A DNA stretch of 64,000 bases from Hydrogenophaga sp. (GTDB lineage Bacteria; Pseudomonadota; Gammaproteobacteria; Burkholderiales; Burkholderiaceae_C): positions 20,255 to 84,254 of the forward strand of contig NZ_JAABRQ010000018.1 in assembly GCF_011390835.1 (NCBI RefSeq), read 5' to 3'. The notes below the pieces were generated by a model. That model ran no database searches. It was not told the DNA's origin and saw nothing but the letters and a program-made list of their open reading frames with translations. Each line of letters starts with the position of its first letter. Positions within the stretch are counted from its first letter, which is position 1. Of the stretch, positions 43,747 through 53,113 are shown in pieces. A program made the translations under genes and the position numbers.

Positions 43747-44631
43747 ATGGCCCGCCCCGCCCTGTCAGCCGTCACCGAGCTGTTCAAACCCATCACCTGG
43801 TTCCCACCCATGTGGGCCTTTGCCTGCGGCGTCGTGGCCTCGGGCGTCTCGATGGACGGGCGCTGGCTGCTGGCCATCGTGGGCATTGCACTGGCTGGCC
43901 CCTTGGTGTGTGCCACAAGCCAGGCTGTGAACGACTGGTTTGACCGCCATGTCGACGCCATCAACGAACCACAACGCCCCATCCCTTCTGGCCGTATGCC
44001 AGGTCGCTGGGGTCTTTATCTCGCCATTCTCTGGACCGCCATTTCGCTGGCCGTTGCTACGGTGCTGGGGCCCTGGGGTTTTGGCGCGGCCGCGCTGGGT
44101 CTGCTGCTGGCCTGGGCCTACAGTGCACCGCCCGTGCGGCTCAAAGAAAACGGCTGGTGGGGCAACGCCGCCTGCGGCATTAGCTACGAAGGCATTGCCT
44201 GGGTGACCGGCGCGGCGGTCATGGCCGGTGGGGCCATGCCCGGCGGTGAATCGCTGGTGCTGGCCGCGCTGTACAGCGCAGGCACCCACGGCATCATGAC
44301 ACTCAACGATTTCAAGGCGGTTGCCGGTGACCGCCAGATGGGCGTGCGCTCGCTGCCGGTGCAACTCGGCGTGGACCGCGCCGCGCGCGTGGCTTGTTGG
44401 TTCATGGCATTGCCACAACTGGTGGTGATCGCACTGCTGCTGTCATGGGGCCAGCCATGGCACGCGCTGGCAGTGGCGGCCCTGCTCGTGGCGCAAGGCG
44501 CGATGATGCTGCGCTTCCTGGCCGACCCGACGGCGCGCGCTCTTTGGTACAGCGGCTTTGGCGTGCCCCTGTTCGTGGCCGGCATGATGGTGAGCGCCTT
44601 CGCGCTGCGCGGCCTGGGGGCTGGCGCATGA
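43747..44631 (+). CDS. bchG: Bacteriochlorophyll a synthase
   Basis: ELFKPITWFPPMWAF.CG, SQAVNDWFDRHVDAINEP.RPIPSGR, MTLNDFKA..GD. Confidence 0.97.
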   Translation: MARPALSAVTELFKPITWFPPMWAFACGVVASGVSMDGRWLLAIVGIALAGPLVCATSQAVNDWFDRHVDAINEPQRPIPSGRMPGRWGLYLAILWTAISLAVATVLGPWGFGAAALGLLLAWAYSAPPVRLKENGWWGNAACGISYEGIAWVTGAAVMAGGAMPGGESLVLAALYSAGTHGIMTLNDFKAVAGDRQMGVRSLPVQLGVDRAARVACWFMALPQLVVIALLLSWGQPWHALAVAALLVAQGAMMLRFLADPTARALWYSGFGVPLFVAGMMVSAFALRGLGAGA

Positions 44632-45983
44632 GGCCCTTCGGCTGGGGCAGCGTGGCCCGCTTGGGCGTGGCTCAAGCCTGCCTGGGTGCCATCGTGGTGC
44701 TGACCACCTCCACCCTGAACCGGGTGATGGTGGTTGAGCTCGCCCTGCCCGCCTTGCTGCCCGGGCTGCTGGTTGCGCTGCACTACGCGGTGCAGATCGC
44801 ACGCCCGCGCATGGGTCACGGCTCCGACGTGGGCGGGCGGCGCACGCCTTGGATCATCGGCGGCATGGCGGTGCTGGCGCTGGGAGGCGTGCTGTCGGCC
44901 CTGGCCACGGTCTGGATGGCCAGTCAGCCGGGCGCTGGCCTGGCGCTCGCGGTGCTGGGATTTTCACTCGTGGGTCTTGGCGTGAGCGCCAGCGGCACCT
45001 CGCTGCTGGTGCTTCTGGCCAAGCGCGTGCCCGAAGGCCGGCGCGGCGGTGCGGCCACGATGGTCTGGATGATGATGATCGCTGGCTTTGCACTCACCGC
45101 CGGGCTGGCCGGCCACTTCCTCGACCCCTATTCGCCACAGCGCCTGCTGCTGGTGACGGCCACCGTGTCGGTCGCGGCTTGGATCATTTCCGTGTTGGCG
45201 GTGCGTGGTCTGGAAGGTCACGAGACGACCGACCCCGCTGCGCTCGTCAGCAGCGCCGCGCCCAAGCCCCGCTTCCGAGAAGCCCTGGCGCAGGTCTGGG
45301 CCGAACCGGTAGCCCGACGATTCACCATTTTTGTGTTCGTCTCCATGCTGGCCTACAGCGCCCAGGATCTGATCCTGGAGCCATTTGCTGGGGCGGTGCA
45401 TGGATACACACCCGGCGCGTCCACGCAGCTGGCGGGCGTGCAGCACGGCGGCGTGCTGGCCGGCATGCTGCTGGTGGCGCTCGCGGGCGCCATCGCCGCT
45501 CGCTGGTCAGCGCACCCTGTGCTGCGCCACATAGGATCCCTGCGGGCCTGGACGGTGGGGGGCTGCATCGCGTCGGCGCTCGCGCTGCTTGGTCTGATGC
45601 TGGCGGGACTGCAAGGTGCGGGCTGGCCGCTCAAGCTCAACGTGTTTGCGCTGGGCGTGGCGAACGGCGCGTTTTCCATCGGCGCCATCGGTTCGATGAT
45701 GCGACTGGCACACCAGGGCGGCCCTGCGCGCGCCGGCATCCGCATGGGCCTGTGGGGTGCGGCGCAGGCGATGGCCTTTGGTATTGGTGGGCTCATCGGA
45801 ACCGGCGCCAGCGATCTGGCGCACCACCTGCTCGCTCTGCCGGGCAGCGCCTACGCCAGCGTGTTTGCGCTCGAAGGCGCCGTCTTCCTGCTGTCGGCCG
45901 TACTAGCCTGGCGCATCTCGACCACTACCTCCCCGCATGCAACGCGTACCCGCCTGCATTTCCCCACCCCGGCCAGCCCCTGA
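44628..45983 (+). CDS. BCD-family MFS transporter (PucC-like, bch2/orf428 type)
   Basis: STLNRVMVVEL, RPRMGHGSD.GGRRTPWI, YSAQDLILEPF; between bchG and bchP. Confidence 0.9.
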   Translation: MRPFGWGSVARLGVAQACLGAIVVLTTSTLNRVMVVELALPALLPGLLVALHYAVQIARPRMGHGSDVGGRRTPWIIGGMAVLALGGVLSALATVWMASQPGAGLALAVLGFSLVGLGVSASGTSLLVLLAKRVPEGRRGGAATMVWMMMIAGFALTAGLAGHFLDPYSPQRLLLVTATVSVAAWIISVLAVRGLEGHETTDPAALVSSAAPKPRFREALAQVWAEPVARRFTIFVFVSMLAYSAQDLILEPFAGAVHGYTPGASTQLAGVQHGGVLAGMLLVALAGAIAARWSAHPVLRHIGSLRAWTVGGCIASALALLGLMLAGLQGAGWPLKLNVFALGVANGAFSIGAIGSMMRLAHQGGPARAGIRMGLWGAAQAMAFGIGGLIGTGASDLAHHLLALPGSAYASVFALEGAVFLLSAVLAWRISTTTSPHATRTRLHFPTPASP

Positions 45984-46011
45984 GCGGCGGCCTTTACACA
46001 AGGCAATTGTC

Positions 46012-47226
46012 ATGAACACCCAAGAAACCTTCGATGTGGTGGTGATCGGTGGCGGCCCGTCGGGGGCTACCGCGGCGCACGAACTCGCGAAACAAGGCCA
46101 CTCGGTGCTGCTGCTCGACCGCGGCGGTCGCATCAAGCCCTGCGGTGGCGCCATCCCGCCCCGCCTGATCCAGGACTTCGAGATTCCCGACGCGCTGCTG
46201 GTTGCCAAGGCGCGCTGCGCGCGCATGATCGCGCCCTCATCCAAACACGTCGACATCCCCATTGACAACGGTTTTGTAGGCATGGTGAACCGCGAAGCTT
46301 TTGACGAGTGGCTTCGCGCGCGTGCCGAGCACGCGGGCGCGGTGCGCCGCACGGGCAATTTTGATCGCCTCAGCCGCGACAGCGATGGCGTGAGCGTGGT
46401 GCACTACCACGTACGCGAGGGGAAGCGTGGCAGCGAGAGCCTGCCAGCCCAGGTGCGGGCGCGCAGCATCATCGGCGCCGACGGCGCTCGCTCGGGTGTC
46501 GCGCGGCAGGGTTGCGTGCCAGGCGCTGAACGCACGCGCTACGTCTTTGCGTACCACGAGATCGTGCGCGCACCCGAAAGCGCACAGCGCCCAGCTGATT
46601 ACGACGACGCGCGCTGCGATGTGTACTACCAAGGGCGTTTTTCACCCGATTTCTACGGCTGGGTTTTCCCGCACGGCGACACGCTGAGCGTGGGCACCGG
46701 CAGCGCCGACAAGGGCTTCTCGCTCAAAAGCTCGGTGCAACGCATGCGCGAGACCAGCGGACTGGCGGAAGCGGAAACACTGCGGCGCGAAGGCGCGCCC
46801 ATACCCATGAAGCCGCTGCCGCGCTGGGACAACGGGCGCGACCTGGTGCTGGCCGGTGACGCCGCTGGCGTGGTCGCACCGGCGTCTGGCGAAGGCATCT
46901 ACTACGCAATGGTGGGCGGACAGCTCGCCGCAGAAGCTGTGCACGCGCTGCTGCTGACTGGCGATGTGAAATCGCTCCAGCTGGCCCGCAAGCGCTTCAT
47001 GAAGCTGCACGGCCAGGTGTTCTGGGTGCTGGGCATCCTGCAGTGGTTCTGGTACAGCAGCGAAAAGCGGCGCGAGCGTTTCGTGAAGATCTGCGAGGAC
47101 CGCGACGTGCAGCAACTGACATTCGATTCGTACATGAACAAGCGCCTTACCCGCAAGAAACCGATGGCGCATGTGCGCATCTTCTTCAAGGATCTGAGCC
47201 ACCTGCTCGGGCTGGCACGGGTCTAG
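46012..47226 (+). CDS. bchP: Geranylgeranyl reductase
   Basis: VIGGGPSGATAA, IKPCGGAIPP, GDAAG.VAPASGEGIYYA. Confidence 0.96.
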   Translation: MNTQETFDVVVIGGGPSGATAAHELAKQGHSVLLLDRGGRIKPCGGAIPPRLIQDFEIPDALLVAKARCARMIAPSSKHVDIPIDNGFVGMVNREAFDEWLRARAEHAGAVRRTGNFDRLSRDSDGVSVVHYHVREGKRGSESLPAQVRARSIIGADGARSGVARQGCVPGAERTRYVFAYHEIVRAPESAQRPADYDDARCDVYYQGRFSPDFYGWVFPHGDTLSVGTGSADKGFSLKSSVQRMRETSGLAEAETLRREGAPIPMKPLPRWDNGRDLVLAGDAAGVVAPASGEGIYYAMVGGQLAAEAVHALLLTGDVKSLQLARKRFMKLHGQVFWVLGILQWFWYSSEKRRERFVKICEDRDVQQLTFDSYMNKRLTRKKPMAHVRIFFKDLSHLLGLARV

Positions 47227-47231
47227 TCGTC

Positions 47232-47537
47232 ATGACGACCATGCAAGAACTCTGGAGCACCGGCCGCTGGGTTGATCTGGCCCTGGCCATCGTGCTGGCC
47301 GAGGTACTGATCATGGCCTGGCTGGTACAGGTGACCGGGCGCCACACCTGGTTTCGCGCCTACCTGCTCAATCTGGGCTCCGGTCTGTGCCTGATCTTCG
47401 CCCTGCGCAGCAGCTTGGCCGATGGCGGCTGGGCCATGCCTGCCCTGTGGCTGGCGCTCGCAGGCGCACTGCACAGTGCCGACCTCTGGTTGAGGTGGCA
47501 CCATCAGGCCGACCGGGGACCGGTTCGACCTGACTGA
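47232..47537 (+). CDS. Small hydrophobic membrane protein (101 aa) downstream of bchP
   Basis: About three hydrophobic segments, 5 bp after bchP stop, Leu/Ala/Trp-rich. Confidence 0.65.
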   Translation: MTTMQELWSTGRWVDLALAIVLAEVLIMAWLVQVTGRHTWFRAYLLNLGSGLCLIFALRSSLADGGWAMPALWLALAGALHSADLWLRWHHQADRGPVRPD

Positions 47538-47542
47538 AACGC

Positions 47543-47857
47543 TCAGGCCTTTTTCGCGTAGGCAGAGCACCAGCCCTTGGCAGCCACGTGCTTGCCGGGG
47601 AAGATGCCACATGGGCCCGATGCTTCGCCAGCCTTGCCGGTGTAGAGCGCGCAGTTGCTGCACTGCTGGGTGGCGGCGTGCTTGGGGTACTTCTTGGCAT
47701 CCACCTTGGTGGTGTCGGCGGCGTAGCCAAGCGACATGGCCTGGGCGTCTTTTTCGCCGACCATAGGCGCGGCTTGCGCATGGGCGCTGGCCGCCGCGAG
47801 AGCGGCGCCGCCAGCGGCGACCTGAAGCATGAAGACTCGGCGAGTGGAAACAGACAT
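47543..47857 (-). CDS. High-potential iron-sulfur protein (HiPIP) with Tat signal
   Basis: STRRVFM Tat motif, A..LGY, CSNC...GPC.IF.GK.V...GWCSAY; GAGG SD. Confidence 0.93.
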   Translation of the reverse strand: MSVSTRRVFMLQVAAGGAALAAASAHAQAAPMVGEKDAQAMSLGYAADTTKVDAKKYPKHAATQQCSNCALYTGKAGEASGPCGIFPGKHVAAKGWCSAYAKKA

Positions 47858-48064
47858 GGGTAACCTCGTGAAGATGTTTGCAAAAATGCTCATGGATTGT
47901 CGGCCCGCCGGACTTAAGAAAGCCTGACGGCGCACAACGCCTGACCGGCGCGGTAGCCTATTGCCGAACTCGGGTATTGGGCCCCTGGGTCAAGGCGCCT
48001 CAAGACCGCAGGCCCGTGCCGGGTTGTGGCGGCTGTTTACACTCAGCGCAGTTCGCCGCCACCC

Positions 48065-48931
48065 ATGACGCCCCAAGACTACGTTCAGCAGAAAGCAGCC
48101 GCTTCGGGCAGCAGCTTTTATTACGCCTTTCTTTTCCTGCCCTCCGAGCGGCGCGCCGCGATCACCGCCTTTTACGCTTTCTGCCGCGAAGTGGACGATG
48201 TGGTCGACGAAGTGAGTGATGTGGGCATTGCCCAGACCAAACTCGCCTGGTGGCGCAGCGAGGTGGCGCAGGCCTACGCTGGTGAGAAAAGCCATCCGGT
48301 GATGCTCGCCCTGATGCCACACACCGAGCGCTTCGGCATTGAAGCGCGGCACCTGCTGGCCGTGATCGATGGTTGCCAGATGGACCTGGAGCAGAACCGC
48401 TACCTCGACTTCGCCAACCTGCAGCAGTACTGCCACCTGGTGGCCGGCGTGGTGGGCGAGGTTGCGGCCCGCATCTTTGGCCAGACCCAGGCGCTTACCA
48501 CCGCCTACGCTCACCACCTCGGGCTGGCTTTTCAGCTCACCAACATCGTGCGTGACGTGGGTGAGGACGCGGTGCGAGGCCGCATTTACCTGCCGGTCAA
48601 CGAGCTGCAGCGTTTTGATGTCAAGGCCCATGAACTGCTCAAGCGCGGCGAGGCGCCCGGCATGGACAAAGCCGACTTCGAGCGCCGCTTCCGGGCCCTC
48701 ATGCGCTTCCAGTGTGAGCGGGCCCTGCAGACCTACGACGAGGCCCTGGCCCTGCTGCCCGAAGTCGACCGGCGCAGCCAGAAGCCCGGCCTGATGATGG
48801 CCAGCATCTACCGCACCCTGCTTCGAGAAATCGCCGCCGACCCCCTGCTGGTGCTGACCCGGCGTGTGAGCCTGACACCGCTGCGCAAGTTCTGGCTTGC
48901 GTGGAAGGTGCAGGCGTTGGGCAGGCTGTAG
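48065..48931 (+). CDS. hpnD: Presqualene diphosphate synthase HpnD
   Basis: YVQQKAAASGSSFYYAF, YAFCREVDDVVD, AFQLTNIVRDVGEDA.RGRIYLP. Confidence 0.94.
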   Translation: MTPQDYVQQKAAASGSSFYYAFLFLPSERRAAITAFYAFCREVDDVVDEVSDVGIAQTKLAWWRSEVAQAYAGEKSHPVMLALMPHTERFGIEARHLLAVIDGCQMDLEQNRYLDFANLQQYCHLVAGVVGEVAARIFGQTQALTTAYAHHLGLAFQLTNIVRDVGEDAVRGRIYLPVNELQRFDVKAHELLKRGEAPGMDKADFERRFRALMRFQCERALQTYDEALALLPEVDRRSQKPGLMMASIYRTLLREIAADPLLVLTRRVSLTPLRKFWLAWKVQALGRL

Positions 48932-48951
48932 TGAGGGTGGCCCCCATGCTC

Positions 48952-49080
48952 TGCCGCTGCGCGGGTCGCTGCCCCGGGAACTGGGAGGAACCGGCTCCCT
49001 CACCGGTTTGGGGGCTGTTTCGCCTTGGGGCGAGCCAGCGTCGAAACGTGGCTCTGAAACTTTGCCGCTGCGCGGGCCGC
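48952..49080. repeat. Intergenic element with an 18-bp direct repeat (REP-like)
   Basis: TGCCGCTGCGCGGGTCGC (48952-69) and TGCCGCTGCGCGGGCCGC (49063-80), with CGCCTTGGGGCG between. Confidence 0.5.
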
Positions 49081-49109
49081 CCGTACCCGTGAGCCGTGAA
49101 GCCCGGGCC

Positions 49110-50465
49110 ATGAGACTGGCCGTAGTCGGCGGCGGCTGGGCGGGCATGGCTGCCGCCGTGGCAGCCGCCGACGCGGGCATCGACGTCACGGTACTGGAGG
49201 CCACCCGCCAACTGGGCGGGCGCGCGCGCGCGATGCCATCAACCCGGCCCGATGGCGTGGCGGTGCAGCTCGACAACGGGCAGCACATCCTGATCGGAGC
49301 CTACAGCCATTGCCTGGCCCTGATGCAGCGGGTCGGCCTCGACCTGCCGCAGGTGCTCACCGCGCTGCCGCTGGCCCTGCCCTACCCCGATGGCCAGGGA
49401 CTCCAGATGCCCGGCTGGGCAACCCGTCTGCCCGCCCCGCTGGATGCCCTGGTCGCCATCGCCACCGCCCGCGGATGGACCTGGGGCGAGCGGCTGGCGC
49501 TGGTGCGGGCGTCGCTGACCTGGCAACGTTCGGGCTTTGTCTGTGCGCCGTCGCTCACCGTCAGCGGCTTGTGCAGCAGCCTGCCCCAGCGGGTGATGGA
49601 CGAGCTGGTCGAGCCACTGTGCGTTTCGGCGCTCAATCTTCCCGCCAGCCAGGCCAGCGCCGCCGTGTTCCTTCGGGTGATGCGCGATGCCCTGTTCGGC
49701 TCGCGTTCGGGGCCGTGGTCGGCCTCCAGTCTGTTGCTTCCGCGGGCGGATCTCAGCGCGCTGTTTCCCGACGCCGCTGCGCGTTGGCTGGCCACGACCC
49801 ATCCCCAAGCCAGCCGGGTGCTCACTGGCGCCCGGGTGACCACCCTGCTGCCGATGCCCAACGGCTGGTGCCTGGCAGGTCAGCGCGATGGCGAAGCATT
49901 TGACTGGGCATTTGATGCCGTGATCTGGGCAACCGGCGCCGCGCCAGCGACCCGAGCCATGCAAGAAGCATGCAACCACGCACCCGAGGCCACCGCAGTC
50001 GCCCTGCGCGCCTGGGCCCACATGGCCGCCGCCCTTGATTTCACCGCCATCACCACCGTGTACGCCTGGGCGCCCGGTGTCCGGCTGACACAACCCATGC
50101 TCGCGCTGCGCAGCCGAATCGGTGCTCCGGCACAGTTCGTGTTCGACCGCGGGCAGCTGAATTCGGCCGACCCGAGCACGCAGGGCGCGCTGGCGTTTGT
50201 GATCAGCGCCAGCGAAGGTGAGCGCGAGACCCTGGAGCAGTCCGTGCTGCAACAGGCGCGCGATCAACTGGGCCTGCACCACCTGCAGGTCATCCAGACC
50301 GTGGTGGAAAAACGCGCCACCTTCGCCTGCACGCCCGGCCTGCAACGGCCCGAAGTCGCGATCGCGCCTCGCCTCTGGGCAGCGGGCGACTACGTGGCGG
50401 GCCCCTACCCCGCCACCCTGGAGGGCGCGGTGCGCAGCGGGCTGGATGCTGTGACCCGCCTTTGA
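49110..50465 (+). CDS. hpnE: Hydroxysqualene dehydroxylase HpnE
   Basis: VVGGGWAGMAAA, LGGRAR, LDNGQHILIGAY, AGDYVAGPYPATLEGAVRSG. Confidence 0.93.
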   Translation: MRLAVVGGGWAGMAAAVAAADAGIDVTVLEATRQLGGRARAMPSTRPDGVAVQLDNGQHILIGAYSHCLALMQRVGLDLPQVLTALPLALPYPDGQGLQMPGWATRLPAPLDALVAIATARGWTWGERLALVRASLTWQRSGFVCAPSLTVSGLCSSLPQRVMDELVEPLCVSALNLPASQASAAVFLRVMRDALFGSRSGPWSASSLLLPRADLSALFPDAAARWLATTHPQASRVLTGARVTTLLPMPNGWCLAGQRDGEAFDWAFDAVIWATGAAPATRAMQEACNHAPEATAVALRAWAHMAAALDFTAITTVYAWAPGVRLTQPMLALRSRIGAPAQFVFDRGQLNSADPSTQGALAFVISASEGERETLEQSVLQQARDQLGLHHLQVIQTVVEKRATFACTPGLQRPEVAIAPRLWAAGDYVAGPYPATLEGAVRSGLDAVTRL

Positions 50466-50528
50466 CATCGGGGCTTGCGCATTCGGGTGATGTGCGCATG
50501 ATGGTGTTGACTTGTTTCAGTTCACACC

Positions 50529-52958
50529 ATGCCCGCCAAGACCTTGCCCCCCGACCAACTGCGATTGCAGATCGACCCATCCTCCCTGGGATTTGCCTCC
50601 ACCGCCGACCTGCAGGTGCCTACCTTGCCCTGGATCGGTCAGGAACGCGCCGAACAGGCTGCGCGTTTCGGCCTCGCCATGGAGCAGCCGGACTACAACC
50701 TGTTTGTACTGGGCGAGGTCGGCAGCGGGCGCGCCTCGCTGCTACGCCAGCTGACCCAGGCGGTCGCCGCCGAGCGGGCTGTCCCGCCCGACCTGTGTTA
50801 CCTGCACAACTTCAAGGCGCCTGACCGACCGCGCGCGCTGCGCATGCCCGCCGGGCAAGGGCGCGAGCTTCGTCAGTTGATGGTCCGTTTTGTCCGTTTT
50901 CTACAAGTCGAAATTCCAGCCCGTCTGGAACGCGAGGACTTCAAGACCGACAGCGAACGCATTGAGAACGTCTACAAAGCCGAAGAAGCCAAGGCCTACG
51001 CCGAGCTAGACGCTTTTGCCGATGCGCATGGCTTCAACCTGTATCGGGAATCGGGGCGCCTGGTGTTCACGCTGCGCGGCGCCGAGGGCGGCGCCCTGAC
51101 AGAAAACGAAGCCCGCGCCCTGCCCAAGGAACGCCGAGCCCAGGTTGATGAGGCCGAGCAGGCTTTGCGTGAAGAGATTGCGCGCTTCTTGGAGATTACA
51201 CGGCCGCTGCTGCGCACCATGAACGAAGGCCTCGCCGCGCTCAGGAGGCAGGTCGTAAGGCCGCTGATCGACCACGAGCTGCAGGCCATTCGCAACCCAC
51301 TGAAAAAACAGATCAAGGACGCGGTCAAGCTCGGCAGCTACCTCGATCAGGTAGCGCAGGATGTGCTCGAGCACCTGGAACTTTTCCTGCCGCAGGACGA
51401 CGATGATGCTGAGCGCCAGGAAGCCTTGTCTCAGCTGCTGCTGGGCTACCGGGTCAACCTAGTGGTGGACAACGCCGAACTCGCCGGCGCGCCGGTGATC
51501 ATCGAAGACAACCCGGTCTACCACTCGCTGTTCGGGCGCATCGAGTACCAGGCCGAGGAAGACGTGATGCTGACCGACTTCTCCCGCGTGCGGGCGGGCA
51601 GCCTGATCCGTGCGCACGGCGGCTTTCTGCTGCTGCACCTGCGCGATCTGGTGACTGACCCGCTGGTGTGGGAAAAGCTGCGCCGCTTCATGCGCTCGGG
51701 CAAGGTGCAGATCGAGGAGCCGAGCAACATGCTGATGCCGATGACGGCGGTCTCGCTGCAACCGCAGGCGGTTGACGTGCACACCAAGATCATCCTGATC
51801 GGGTCAACTGAGGAGTACTACGCACTGCAGGAAGGGGACCCGGAGTTCGCGCGACACTTCCGCGCCAAGGTCGATTTCGCCGAGAGTTTTTCCGCCACCA
51901 CGGACACACGCGCTGCTACCGCCCTGTTTGTGGCTCAGACCTGCCATAAGCTGGGCCTGCGCCACCTCAGCGCAGCCGCCGTCGCGCGCGTGCTGGAAGA
52001 CGCACACCGTCGCGTCGACGACCAGTCCCGCCAGAGCGCCATCTTTGGCCACATCGAGGCGCTGGTGGCCGAGAGTGCGGCGGCGAGCGATGCGCGCGGC
52101 GGCAGCCTCGTGGAGGCAGTGGATGTTGCCTCGGCGCTCGATGCCCACCGGCTGCGCCACGACTACCCCGAGCAGCGCCTTCGCGAGTCGATCACCGAAG
52201 GTGAACGCCTGATCGATGTACGTGGTGCGCGTGTCGGTCAGATCAACGGCCTGACCCAGATCGATCTGGGCGACTGGCGCTTCGGCCTGCCGGTTCGCGT
52301 GACAGCACACACCTACGCCGGCTCCCGGGGGCTGCTGAACATCGAGCGTGAGGTGGAGATGTCTGGCCCGATCCACGACAAGGGCGTGCTGATCCTGCAC
52401 AGCTACCTGACCCATTTGTTCGCCCACCTCGCGCCCCTGGCGCTCAATGCCGCCGTGGTCTTCGAGCAGGAGTATCACGGTGTCGAGGGTGACTCGGCTT
52501 CGTGCGCCGAGCTGTTTGCCGTGCTATCGGCGCTGGCGGGCATGCCCCTCAAACAAGGCATCGCGGTGACCGGCGCCCTGAACCAGCACGGCGAAGTGCT
52601 GCCGGTGGGCGGCATCAACGAAAAAATCGAAGGCTGGTTCCGCGTCTGCGAGGTCGCCGGGCTGGACGGTGAGCAAGGTGTGCTGATACCGGAGCGCAAT
52701 CACCGCCACCTGATGCTCGATCAGGCTGTCGTCGCGGCGGTGCAACAGGGCCGGTTTCACATTCACACCGCAGCACACGTCAGCGACGGCCTGGCACTGC
52801 TCACTGGGCAAGCCTCCGGCCTGTCATTGAGCGGACTGGAGGGGCCTGGCTATGCGCCCGAGAGCGTGCTCGGACAGGCCGAGCGCAGCCTTCGGCTGTA
52901 CCGCCGGGCGTATCAGCGGGTGCACGGAGTGGGCCGATCGCGAAGGCCCATGCCCTGA
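50529..52958 (+). CDS. Lon-family (S16) protease, LonC/LonB-like
   Basis: IGQERA, RAHGGFLLL, GQINGL, EQ.Y.GVEGDSAS, VTGALNQHG.V.PVGGINEKIEG. Confidence 0.9.
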   Translation: MPAKTLPPDQLRLQIDPSSLGFASTADLQVPTLPWIGQERAEQAARFGLAMEQPDYNLFVLGEVGSGRASLLRQLTQAVAAERAVPPDLCYLHNFKAPDRPRALRMPAGQGRELRQLMVRFVRFLQVEIPARLEREDFKTDSERIENVYKAEEAKAYAELDAFADAHGFNLYRESGRLVFTLRGAEGGALTENEARALPKERRAQVDEAEQALREEIARFLEITRPLLRTMNEGLAALRRQVVRPLIDHELQAIRNPLKKQIKDAVKLGSYLDQVAQDVLEHLELFLPQDDDDAERQEALSQLLLGYRVNLVVDNAELAGAPVIIEDNPVYHSLFGRIEYQAEEDVMLTDFSRVRAGSLIRAHGGFLLLHLRDLVTDPLVWEKLRRFMRSGKVQIEEPSNMLMPMTAVSLQPQAVDVHTKIILIGSTEEYYALQEGDPEFARHFRAKVDFAESFSATTDTRAATALFVAQTCHKLGLRHLSAAAVARVLEDAHRRVDDQSRQSAIFGHIEALVAESAAASDARGGSLVEAVDVASALDAHRLRHDYPEQRLRESITEGERLIDVRGARVGQINGLTQIDLGDWRFGLPVRVTAHTYAGSRGLLNIEREVEMSGPIHDKGVLILHSYLTHLFAHLAPLALNAAVVFEQEYHGVEGDSASCAELFAVLSALAGMPLKQGIAVTGALNQHGEVLPVGGINEKIEGWFRVCEVAGLDGEQGVLIPERNHRHLMLDQAVVAAVQQGRFHIHTAAHVSDGLALLTGQASGLSLSGLEGPGYAPESVLGQAERSLRLYRRAYQRVHGVGRSRRPMP

Positions 52959-53113
52959 CCAGTTGGCCGAGGCCGGTACCATGCAGGGTGCGGCGAGTGC
53001 TTGGCCACGCTGAAATCGCGTGCCCACCTCACCGCCTCAAGGGAACCACCGCCTTCACAGACGCTCCCTTCACACCAGACATCCACCCACCCCATCGAAA
53101 GGACCCTCAGCGG

